Assembly: GCA_041494705.1 (NCBI GenBank)
Contig: JBGQBI010000001.1
Span: 300,001-332,000 of the forward strand
Origin: Candidatus Methanoperedens sp.
GTDB taxonomy: Archaea > Halobacteriota > Methanosarcinia > Methanosarcinales > Methanoperedenaceae
DNA: 32,000 nucleotides
Direction of reading: 5' to 3'
Positions 17,043 to 24,726 of this stretch are shown here, piece after piece. The notes beneath the pieces are model-generated. The model made no database searches. It saw only the letters and a list, made by a program, of their open reading frames with translations, and was not told where the DNA came from. Every line of letters begins with the position of its first letter. Position 1 is the first letter of the stretch. The position numbers and the translations under genes are program-made.

Positions 17043-17477
17043 ATGACAGATGGATACAGCGAAAAAGTGATGGAACATTTTGCCAACCCGCGAAATGTGG
17101 GTGAGATAAAGGATGCCGACGGGATTGGAAAAGTCGGGAACCCGGTTTGCGGCGACCTTATGTGGATTTATATCAAGGTAAAAGATAACAGGCTTGAGGA
17201 TGTGAAGTTCAAGACCTTTGGCTGCGGCGCTGCGATTGCCACAAGCAGTATGATTACGGAGCTTGCTAAAGGGAAGACGCTGGAAGAGGCTCTAAAAATT
17301 ACGCGCGGCGATGTGGCTGAGGCGCTTGACGGGCTGCCGCCAATAAAGATGCACTGCTCAAATCTTGCTGCAGATGGATTGCATGCAGCGATAAAGGATT
17401 ATCTTGAAAAAACTGGCAAAAAGATGGAGCTTCCGAAAGAAGAGCACACGGATGAACATTCAGAGTCACGCCTCTGA
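17043..17477 (+). CDS. iscU: Fe-S cluster assembly scaffold IscU/NifU-like
   Basis: 144 aa with the three cluster-ligand Cys motifs GNPVCGD, FKTFGCGAAIA and MHCSNLA. The start is 2 nt after the nifS stop. Confidence 0.9.
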   Translation: MTDGYSEKVMEHFANPRNVGEIKDADGIGKVGNPVCGDLMWIYIKVKDNRLEDVKFKTFGCGAAIATSSMITELAKGKTLEEALKITRGDVAEALDGLPPIKMHCSNLAADGLHAAIKDYLEKTGKKMELPKEEHTDEHSESRL

Positions 17478-17525
17478 AGGGCGTGTCCATCTCGCCTTCG
17501 GCTCGATTGGACTAATAATGCGTCC

Positions 17526-18092
17526 ATGGTCGTCATGAATCTATATTTTGATTTCATTCTGATAACCCTTTATATGGTTATCACATACCAAATAATTGCT
17601 CTCAAATACAGGAAGTCAACAGGTTTTTCCGGCTTCACACCAGGCTCAAAAGTATTCTGGGTCTCGCTTCACGTTTTCATCGTTTCAACCAACATTTTTC
17701 TTTATTTATGGTTTATTTCAAAAGACTTCAATCCTGTTCATGTATTGTTAAGAGCCTCCGGACTTTTGCTATTCGCTGCTGGTCTTTTATTCATATTCTG
17801 GGGCATGTATACGCTTCAGAAAGCGGTTTTTGTCCCGGAGAATAAATTGGTTGCAGCAGGTCCTTACAGGTTTGTCCGCCATCCCATGTATTCAGGAGGG
17901 GTTATCGGCGCTTTCGGGCTTGCCGTGTTTGCGGGCTCGGTGCTCGGCGCTGTTTATTCGTTGGTGCTTGCGCTTGTGCTTTCGCATATCGCTGATGCCG
18001 AGGAGGAGGAGCTGAGGGTGAGGTTTGGAAAAGTTTACCTCGATTATAGGAAGATTGTGCCGAAGCTTTTTCCGAATGTAGGGATTAAATGA
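17526..18092 (+). CDS. Isoprenylcysteine carboxyl methyltransferase (ICMT)/phospholipid methyltransferase family membrane protein
   Basis: 188-aa polytopic protein. The motif GPYRFVRHPMYSG...AEEEELRVRFG is characteristic of the ICMT/PEMT family. The start could instead be ATG at 17535. Confidence 0.72.
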   Translation: MVVMNLYFDFILITLYMVITYQIIALKYRKSTGFSGFTPGSKVFWVSLHVFIVSTNIFLYLWFISKDFNPVHVLLRASGLLLFAAGLLFIFWGMYTLQKAVFVPENKLVAAGPYRFVRHPMYSGGVIGAFGLAVFAGSVLGAVYSLVLALVLSHIADAEEEELRVRFGKVYLDYRKIVPKLFPNVGIK

Positions 18093-18182
18093 GTTAATAT
18101 ATACTTAATCTTACTGGATAATATAGTTTTGTTTGTGGTCTAATCTTCAATTCAGAGGCAGATGTGAAGTTTAATGGAAGCG

Positions 18183-19130
18183 TTAAGCCCATGGATTATT
18201 TCCACTCTCAACTGTATTCTTAATTTTCTTTAAAATTTCTTCAATTCCCGATTTAATCTCATCCAATTGTGGTTTTGATATTATCTCAATTATTGAATCG
18301 ATTACGTGCATTAACTCAGTTTGCTTATCAAAGAGGTCTTTTAATTCTGTTCCATCTTCTAGGAAGATTTGACCATTTTCATTGATTTCATATTTTAAAT
18401 GAGCAATTTGATTTCTTAATTTATTATCTAAATGCTTAGATAAATAAGGCATTTTATATTGTTTTAATGTCTCTTTTTTCATCCCTAAATAAAAATTATT
18501 GTCTAAAATACCCTCAATTTTTAGAATATCACCTTTATGCGGAATAGATATTTTCCCTTCAATTAAAAAAATGAGAGCAAAAATAAAATCAATGTTATCT
18601 TCGTATAGCCCTTCTATTAACATAAGATAATAATTGAGAGTTATCATTCCCTTATCCATTTCTGATAATTCAAGTTTCTTAGATTTGTGTATCAACAAGT
18701 TATAATTGAATGTATTTTGTAGCGAACGTTTGTTAGAATCTATCCATTTTTGATCAAAAGGACTTGGAATAGGTTTTCCCAGTCGTTTGAATTTTGAAAT
18801 CCAAGGCGATACTTCTTTTTCCACTTCTTTGAAGATTTTTTCATTTAATTTTCGTTCTAATTGAATTATTCGTAATTGATCTAAAATAGGAAGTTGTAAA
18901 AAATCAAACGCAGTGATTTCATTTTCTTGATACATAAGCCATGCTTTTCTTATTATGGAATTATATATAGAATTTATTGAGAGATACAAATGTCCATCAT
19001 TAGTGGGATAAAAATGAGTTTTTAATAAGTTTATTATTTCTTTCTTGTCCTTCTCGTTATCATATAATTTTGCGATTTCTTTAGCAAATTCAAAATTTTT
19101 TTTGGCGATATCTTGTTTTATGAAATTCAA
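18183..19130 (-). CDS. Hypothetical protein with an HEPN-type Rx4H motif (candidate Abi-like RNase) in a low-GC islet
   Basis: 315-aa uninterrupted ORF in DNA of about 25% G+C, with GAGGT upstream of the ATG. Residues 236-246 read NKLRNQIAHLK, giving R239-x4-H244 (nt 18399-18416). I recognise no other family. Confidence 0.55.
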   Translation of the reverse strand: MNFIKQDIAKKNFEFAKEIAKLYDNEKDKKEIINLLKTHFYPTNDGHLYLSINSIYNSIIRKAWLMYQENEITAFDFLQLPILDQLRIIQLERKLNEKIFKEVEKEVSPWISKFKRLGKPIPSPFDQKWIDSNKRSLQNTFNYNLLIHKSKKLELSEMDKGMITLNYYLMLIEGLYEDNIDFIFALIFLIEGKISIPHKGDILKIEGILDNNFYLGMKKETLKQYKMPYLSKHLDNKLRNQIAHLKYEINENGQIFLEDGTELKDLFDKQTELMHVIDSIIEIISKPQLDEIKSGIEEILKKIKNTVESGNNPWA

Positions 19131-19202
19131 TACAATTACCTCTTATAGTTTTTGCCGATGCTTTACCTCGTATTTTCAACTGAATCATGCCGGCACCATC
19201 AG

Positions 19203-20060
19203 CTAAACAAAATCCTCCATCAACCCGCTTATATCCACCTTATCAATCGCCTGCTTCACAAGCGGCATCTCCTTTATCTGCGGCAGCTCATCCTCATAAG
19301 TGGGTGATTGCACCCTGTAAAATACTCCTATTGGAATATGTTCGCCCCATTCCTGCGATTTTACAAAAGCAGCCATTTTATCCCCGGCATTATGCCCCGA
19401 TGCCTCAAGGTCGTATATTCTCTGTTTATACCAGTCGTACGTGTTAACATGGTTAAAACTCACACACGGCTGGAACACATCAATCAACGAAAAACCCCTG
19501 TGTTTCACGGCGTCCACAATTGTTTTCTGGAGATGCTTCACATCGCCTGCAAAACTTCGCGCCACAAATGTAGCGCCTGTGGAAATAGCTAGAGCGATGG
19601 GATTCACTGGCACTTCGATAACACCAGAAGGCGTTGATTTGGTTCTCATTCCTTTCTCGCTTGTCGGAGAGGTCTGTCCTGTTGTAAGCCCGTATATCAT
19701 ATTATTGTGCACTATATAGGTCATGTCGATGTTCCTGCGCATCGCATGGATGAAATGGCACATGCCGATACCATAACCGTCGCCATCCCCACCCACTCCA
19801 AATACGGTCAGTTCATGGTTTGAAAGCCTGACCGCCGATGCAACCGGCAGTACCCTGCCGTGGATACCGTGCAATCCGTATGTTCGTAGCCAGTGCGGCA
19901 CTTTTCCCGAACAACCTATTCCTGAAATAATAGCAATATTCTCAGGCTCGATATTGAGTTCGACTATCGCCCCTTTAAGCGCAAGAAGGATGCCGAAATC
20001 GCCGCATCCCGGGCACCAGTTGGGCTTATCTATCGTATTGATATCAATCATCCTAACCAT
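19203..20060 (-). CDS. 2-oxoacid:ferredoxin oxidoreductase, beta (TPP-binding) subunit
   Basis: 285 aa with WCPGCGDFG near the N-terminus and GGDGDGYGIG (TPP/Mg-binding motif). It overlaps the alpha subunit stop by 8 nt. Confidence 0.9.
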   Translation of the reverse strand: MVRMIDINTIDKPNWCPGCGDFGILLALKGAIVELNIEPENIAIISGIGCSGKVPHWLRTYGLHGIHGRVLPVASAVRLSNHELTVFGVGGDGDGYGIGMCHFIHAMRRNIDMTYIVHNNMIYGLTTGQTSPTSEKGMRTKSTPSGVIEVPVNPIALAISTGATFVARSFAGDVKHLQKTIVDAVKHRGFSLIDVFQPCVSFNHVNTYDWYKQRIYDLEASGHNAGDKMAAFVKSQEWGEHIPIGVFYRVQSPTYEDELPQIKEMPLVKQAIDKVDISGLMEDFV

Positions 20061-21801
20061 GCGCCACCTCCATAATTTCGCGGTGTATTTCTTCGGGATA
20101 AAAAGGCCTGCCGTCGTATTTCAATATCTTATGACCCGCGCTCTTTCCAGTCTTTTCCCTGATAATATCCGCAAGCTGTCCCGTGAAATTATTCTCCACT
20201 ACAACTGTATTTTTGGCAGAATCCATAACATTTGCCACTTTTTCAGCAGGGAAGGGGCTTAAATATAATATCTGGAGGTAATTCACTTTCACCCCGTCTT
20301 TTTCAAGCATCATCATAGCCTCCTTTATCGGGCCTTTTGTTGAACCCGCCGCAATAATTGTGACGGCTGCATCCCCCGGTCCCACTAACTCTGGCTGTTT
20401 CAGCTCCTTTGCAAGCGAATCAAGTTTCCTCATCCTTTTTTTCATCATCTTTATCCTGTTATCGATATCTTCCGTGATGTTGCCTTCTTCATCGTGCTCG
20501 TCGCTTGCAGCAGTGTATATTCCTCTTTTCGTTCCAGGGATGGTTCTTGGGGAAACGCCATTTTCCGTATACCTGTATCTCTTGAAAAAAGTCTTTTCAT
20601 CAGAAGCGGCAAGCTCCGACACTGTCGCATAAATGCCGCGGTCTATTGTAATCCTTCGTTGGTCGAACTTTTCTGTTGTCTTGTGGCTTTCTGCGAGGTT
20701 CCTATCCGTCAAAACGATAACCGGAGTCTGGTATTTCTCGGCGATGTTAAAAGCTTCCTGTGTCATGTAGAAACATTCCTCGTTATCGCCAGGTATGAGA
20801 ACAGGCCGCGGGAAATCACCCTGCGAAACGTTGAGCACGAATTTAAGGTCGCCCTGCTCTGACCATGTGGGCATACCCGTGCTTGGACCCGGGCGCATCG
20901 CCATGATTATTACAACCGGGACCTCAATCATCCCTGCAAGCCCGTAGCCCTCTGACATGAGACAGAACCCGCCGCCTGACGTGCCGCACATGGCCCGCAC
21001 ACCCGCAAAGCCTGCGCCGATTGCCATGTTTATTGCCGAAATCTCATCCTCCGTGTGTTTAACCACGATATTGAACCGCCGCTCCTGGGCTGCCATGAAA
21101 TGCAGTAAAGAAGAAGCGGGAGTCATTGGATAAGCAGAATAGAACTTGCAGCCGGCTTTTATTGCGCCGAGGCAAATTGCATCGTTTCCGGTAAGCAGCA
21201 TTCGTCCGCCGGTTCCGATTTTTTCAAGTTTGAAATTGAAATCGTCCGGGAAATTCTTTTTTATATAATCATATCCGGCTTTGGCAGCCTTCGTATTTTC
21301 ATTGATTATCCTGTCTCCTTTTCGTTTGAAGGTATCCTTTATGACCCCGGCCACGATATCAAAATCATAATTTATAAGTGCAATAGAAGCGCCAAGGGCA
21401 ACATTATTTTTCATAATCGCTTCTGCGCCGATTTCCTTGATTATGTTATTAAGCGGCACAGGATAGAGCCTTATGTCTTCCCTGAGTTCTTTACGGTCCA
21501 AAACTTCAGCGCTGTCGTATATTATACCGCCGCCGGAAGTGAGTTCATCCCTGTGCATGAGTATTGTTTCTTTATTCAGGGCAATCAGTACGTTGACGCC
21601 CTTCACCTGTGAAAATATCTCCCTGTCTTCCACCCTCACCTGCAATGTGTTATGACCGCCTTTAATAAGTGAGGGGTATTCATTGATATCATACACATGC
21701 AGGCCCCCGCGCGAGCATGACTGTGAGAAAATAAGCCCCGTCGCCATTATTCCTTCCCCCGCTTTTCCGCCTATTTTCCAGGTAAGCCTGTTTTTTTCCA
21801 T
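20053..21801 (-). CDS. 2-oxoacid:ferredoxin oxidoreductase, alpha subunit with fused N-terminal gamma-like domain
   Basis: 582 aa. The N-terminus IGGKAGEGIMATG... is the gamma-type domain, followed by the alpha-type core (YPMTPASSLL, CGTSGGGFCLMSEG). It forms a two-gene operon with the beta subunit. Confidence 0.9.
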   Translation of the reverse strand: MEKNRLTWKIGGKAGEGIMATGLIFSQSCSRGGLHVYDINEYPSLIKGGHNTLQVRVEDREIFSQVKGVNVLIALNKETILMHRDELTSGGGIIYDSAEVLDRKELREDIRLYPVPLNNIIKEIGAEAIMKNNVALGASIALINYDFDIVAGVIKDTFKRKGDRIINENTKAAKAGYDYIKKNFPDDFNFKLEKIGTGGRMLLTGNDAICLGAIKAGCKFYSAYPMTPASSLLHFMAAQERRFNIVVKHTEDEISAINMAIGAGFAGVRAMCGTSGGGFCLMSEGYGLAGMIEVPVVIIMAMRPGPSTGMPTWSEQGDLKFVLNVSQGDFPRPVLIPGDNEECFYMTQEAFNIAEKYQTPVIVLTDRNLAESHKTTEKFDQRRITIDRGIYATVSELAASDEKTFFKRYRYTENGVSPRTIPGTKRGIYTAASDEHDEEGNITEDIDNRIKMMKKRMRKLDSLAKELKQPELVGPGDAAVTIIAAGSTKGPIKEAMMMLEKDGVKVNYLQILYLSPFPAEKVANVMDSAKNTVVVENNFTGQLADIIREKTGKSAGHKILKYDGRPFYPEEIHREIMEVAHG

Positions 21802-21937
21802 TATATCAACTCATTCCCTGTATTATAAAATCAAGATTTTTAAATTTATTCAATCTAACCGTCTCCTGATAAAGATTGTAACCAATATGCAATATAGTTT
21901 ATGCAATTCGAAAGATAATCTAATTAATCACATTAAA

Positions 21938-22363
21938 TTAAAATCCGGTTATCCCGTGAATTTCGTATCTCATCTTTGCGATATAATTGTTGAAACTTTC
22001 AACATCTTTAATCCTTTTTTTGACAAGAGCCCTTATCTTTGCACGAATCCGGGTATTTGGCATTATGCCGTATGCAAGAAGATACTGGATTATTTTATGT
22101 GCAGACATGCCGCCTTTTTTATCCCAGTCTGTCAATAAGATAATCTCTTTCCCGCTTCTCTGCAGCGCTTCTGTGAATTCAAGCAGCGGCTGTTGGGTAG
22201 AAAGCCGGATTTCACCTTTTATTCCCAGGAATCGCAGAGATTCAACGTCTTTTTTCCCCTCCACCACGATAATAGCGCCGCCATCGGAAAGCGCCTGGAG
22301 TTCCAGGATGAGTTCTTCGAGCTTTTCAAGACGTTCAATATCTTCAGGAATCATTTTATTCAT
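21938..22363 (-). CDS. Small Toprim-domain protein (archaeal UPF0292-type)
   Basis: 141 aa. IIVVEGKKDVESL and ILLTDWDKKG are the Toprim Glu and DxD motifs. There is a 4-nt overlap with the upstream DUF167 gene. Confidence 0.72.
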   Translation of the reverse strand: MNKMIPEDIERLEKLEELILELQALSDGGAIIVVEGKKDVESLRFLGIKGEIRLSTQQPLLEFTEALQRSGKEIILLTDWDKKGGMSAHKIIQYLLAYGIMPNTRIRAKIRALVKKRIKDVESFNNYIAKMRYEIHGITGF

Positions 22364-22659
22364 TTCCGGGTGAGAACCTTCAAGATATCATTGGCGTCCA
22401 TGCCTGTAATCTTCACTGATTTTTTACTGTTTGTTAAACCCGAGATTATCCTGATATTTCCGGAATTGACCTTGAATAAACCGGACAGGAATGATATGAG
22501 CTCTGCGTTGGCCCTGCCTTTTTGTGCCCTTTCCGAGAGCCGGATTTCGATGCGCTTTCGCCATGGATTATATCCATGTATGGCAGTCTCTTTTGCTCCT
22601 GCCGATATCTCAAGATCAAGGATTACGCCGTCACTGGATGGCTTAATGGCATCTTTCAT
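22360..22659 (-). CDS. DUF167/YggU-family protein (UPF0235)
   Basis: 99 aa. The segment ...LDLEISAGAKETAIHGYNPWRKRIEIRLSERAQKGRANAELISFL...ISGLTNSKKSVKI matches the YggU pattern (A.P..GKAN..L..fL...i..G..s..K.v.i). Confidence 0.78.
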   Translation of the reverse strand: MKDAIKPSSDGVILDLEISAGAKETAIHGYNPWRKRIEIRLSERAQKGRANAELISFLSGLFKVNSGNIRIISGLTNSKKSVKITGMDANDILKVLTRK

Positions 22660-22730
22660 TGCTGGATATAATGGGTAGGATAATATTAATGACTATCCCG
22701 TTGGAAATGCTTCGATGCATTCAATTTTGC

Positions 22731-22926
22731 CCAGACCAAGCCACCTCATGATATACGCGCCGCCATTCTATGAATATGAACTTATTCGCGTAACGCATTT
22801 CCCCGTCAATTTTTTTATCCTTTCCATAAAAGCAGCCGCTGTTAATGAATAATCTGTTCCCGGTGTCCGGATTCGGGCCGTATGAAACTTGCAAAATTGT
22901 GTATGCCCGAAAACCACGATATCAGC
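22731..22926 (-). pseudogene. Relic of a metallophosphoesterase gene (C-terminal about 65 codons, frameshifted, no N-terminal part)
   Basis: One minus-strand frame reads ADIVVFGHT, the GHTH motif region. After a 1-nt frame change the reading continues ILQVSYGPNPDTGNRLFINSGCFYGKDKKIDGEMRYANKFIFIEW...* (stop at 22731-22733). A TAA lies immediately upstream of ADIVVFGHT. GHT(H) followed about 18 aa later by fINsG is the usual spacing in calcineurin-like phosphoesterases. Confidence 0.35.
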
Positions 22927-23315
22927 TTATATCGTGTCTTTATCTTTCCTGTAATATTTGTCTTTAATTATCTGTCATAATTATAATAATAATAGTGATA
23001 AAGTATATATGCCGTGAGGTAAATGAATTGGTTAAGAAAATGTTCGGTTATTCTTTTGGCTATAAAAGGAAAGTATCCATACCGGTTCCCTCCATAAGAG
23101 CGAGATTTTACTGTGAAAAATTGTGCATGATGGTCACACTGTGCAGGTTAACAAGTTGTACGTTTTATAACCAATGCCAAAAAGACACCAAAACGCTGTA
23201 GAAAATGCAAAAAAGCTGATAAATGTCATTACTTATCAGAACAATTTTTGAACCGGATATAACATACCATCCATCAAACTAATATGTATAAACCGTTATT
23301 CTGGATGTATCTATT

Positions 23316-24155
23316 ATGATACGTCTTGGAAAGATCGCTTTCGCTAATTGTGATTTCCCGTATTATGCCATGGAATACGGAAAGGTAAAGGCAGACGATA
23401 TAGAGATCAAGGAAGGCCATCCGGTTGAGCTTGCAAACATGATTTCCAGGGGCGAACTTGATATCAGCCCCATTTCTTCAATCATGTACGGTAAACTCAG
23501 CGATCTCCTCATATTGCCCGGGCTTTCCATTACTTCAAATGATTTCACAAAAAGCGTATTGATATGCTCTAACGGAAAATTAGACCTTCCGCAGCTTGAG
23601 GGAAAAACACTTTGCATCCCCGAAACAACTGCAAGTTCGGCTACGCTGATAAAAATCATTTTAAGGCTAAAAGGCCTGAATGTTAATATCAATCAATGCA
23701 AGGGAACTGATATAGACCAGATGTTAAAGCATGGCGATGCCGCTCTTCTGATAGGGGACAGCGCATTAGCGGCCATAGGAAAGTACGGGATCATAGCAGA
23801 CCTCGGGAATGAATGGAAGAAGCTCACAGGTAAGAAAATGGTGTATGCGTTGTGGGTTGTCAGGGAAGATTTCGCAAAAAAGCATCCTGATAAGGTAAGA
23901 TATGTTTTAGAAACAATTCTTCGGTCAAAGGATTATGCTTATAAGAACATCGGCGAGATTGCCGCTTTCATAGGAAGGGAGAAAAAAATAGATTGTAATT
24001 TCATGCGCGATTACCTTCATACATTGAATTATGATTTTGATGATGAGAGTATAGAGAGCCTGAAACTTTATTTTAAGTATGCAAAAGAATGCGGGGTGGT
24101 GAAGGATGTGAAGCTTCGGTTTTTCGATGATTTTGGAAGGGATGTGGAGAAGTAG
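23316..24155 (+). CDS. mqnA: Chorismate dehydratase MqnA (futalosine pathway of menaquinone biosynthesis)
   Basis: 279 aa. The segments MIRLGKIAFANCDFPYY...GHPVELANMISRGELDISPISSIMY...LPGLSITSNDFTKSVLICSN...DAALLIGDSAL...DLGNEWKKLTGKKMVYALWVVR follow the MqnA (DUF178, periplasmic-binding-fold) pattern as I remember it. Confidence 0.78.
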   Translation: MIRLGKIAFANCDFPYYAMEYGKVKADDIEIKEGHPVELANMISRGELDISPISSIMYGKLSDLLILPGLSITSNDFTKSVLICSNGKLDLPQLEGKTLCIPETTASSATLIKIILRLKGLNVNINQCKGTDIDQMLKHGDAALLIGDSALAAIGKYGIIADLGNEWKKLTGKKMVYALWVVREDFAKKHPDKVRYVLETILRSKDYAYKNIGEIAAFIGREKKIDCNFMRDYLHTLNYDFDDESIESLKLYFKYAKECGVVKDVKLRFFDDFGRDVEK

Positions 24156-24328
24156 AAAGACAGTAAAAAAAGAGCGGAAAAAATTTAAGCTTAGAGAAAC
24201 ATTTAAGCTTAGTGAGGTAGTTCAAGGGGCGCACGTCCACGAGGTTTTAACAAAAATTGCCATTGATTCAGGAATATTTTTTATTCATGACTGGTAGCGT
24301 TAGTTTAAAAATAGTGGATAATATGTTT

Positions 24329-24429
24329 GGGCTCGTAGCTCAGTCAGGCAGAGCACCGGGCTTTTATTCAATCCGCAATGGGAATGAAAAGATACCCGAT
24401 GGTCGAGGGTTCAAATCCCTCCGAGCCCG
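24329..24429 (+). tRNA. tRNA-Lys (anticodon UUU) with a 27-nt intron at the canonical 37/38 position (intron about 24367-24393)
   Basis: Acceptor gggctcg (24329-24335) pairs with cgagccc (24422-24428). The D arm is gctc-agtcaggca-gagc and the T arm is gaggg-ttcaaat-ccctc. The spliced anticodon loop is CUUUUAA. A BHB motif is present: the 4-bp helix cuuu (24361-24364) with aaag (24388-24391) is flanked by the 3-nt bulges uau (24365-24367) and aua (24392-24394). Confidence 0.85.
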
Positions 24430-24450
24430 TCATACACGGGAGGTAATTGT

Positions 24451-24708
24451 GTGAAAGAGAAAGAGCATACTGGAAGGGAATTCAATCCCCTGGAACATAA
24501 AATGGTACCAAATCATGAAATATTAAATGAAGAGGATCTTAACAAAATATTATCAGAATATAAAGTAGATAAAGAACAATTGCCCAAGATTCGTATTTCA
24601 GACCCCTCTGCCGTGTCCGTCAAAGCTAAAGTCGGCGATGTCGTACGGATAACCCGTGATAGCCAGACAGCAGGTAAGTCATATTTCTATCGATTGGTCA
24701 TTGCGTGA
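24451..24708 (+). CDS. rpoH: DNA-directed RNA polymerase subunit H (Rpo5)
   Basis: 85 aa. FNPLEHKMVPNHEILNEEDL...QLPKIRISDPSAV...KVGDVVRITRDSQTAGKSYFYRLV matches the archaeal RpoH pattern. The start is GTG, 7 nt after GGAGGT (24438-24443). Confidence 0.9.
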   Translation: MKEKEHTGREFNPLEHKMVPNHEILNEEDLNKILSEYKVDKEQLPKIRISDPSAVSVKAKVGDVVRITRDSQTAGKSYFYRLVIA

Positions 24709-24726
24709 GATAAAATTTGAGGTAAT

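Noticed and set aside
9191-19130. The idea that the two low-GC orphans (the 4-TM protein and the HEPN-like protein) form one system
   Set aside because: They are 8.5 kb apart and separated by about ten housekeeping genes. They share only base composition, and nothing supports functional linkage.
22995-23201. 68-aa Cys-rich ORF (GTG start) in the large non-coding gap, followed by a hairpin and T5
   Set aside because: It has no SD, the region is A/T-rich, the Cys spacing fits no zinc-ribbon pattern (no CxxC pairs), and I recognise no family. I kept only the hairpin as part of the gap finding. It could be revisited if RNA-seq shows a discrete transcript.
24257-24454. 65-aa plus-strand ORF
   Set aside because: It overlaps the whole intron-containing tRNA-Lys gene, and the tRNA structure explains the sequence.
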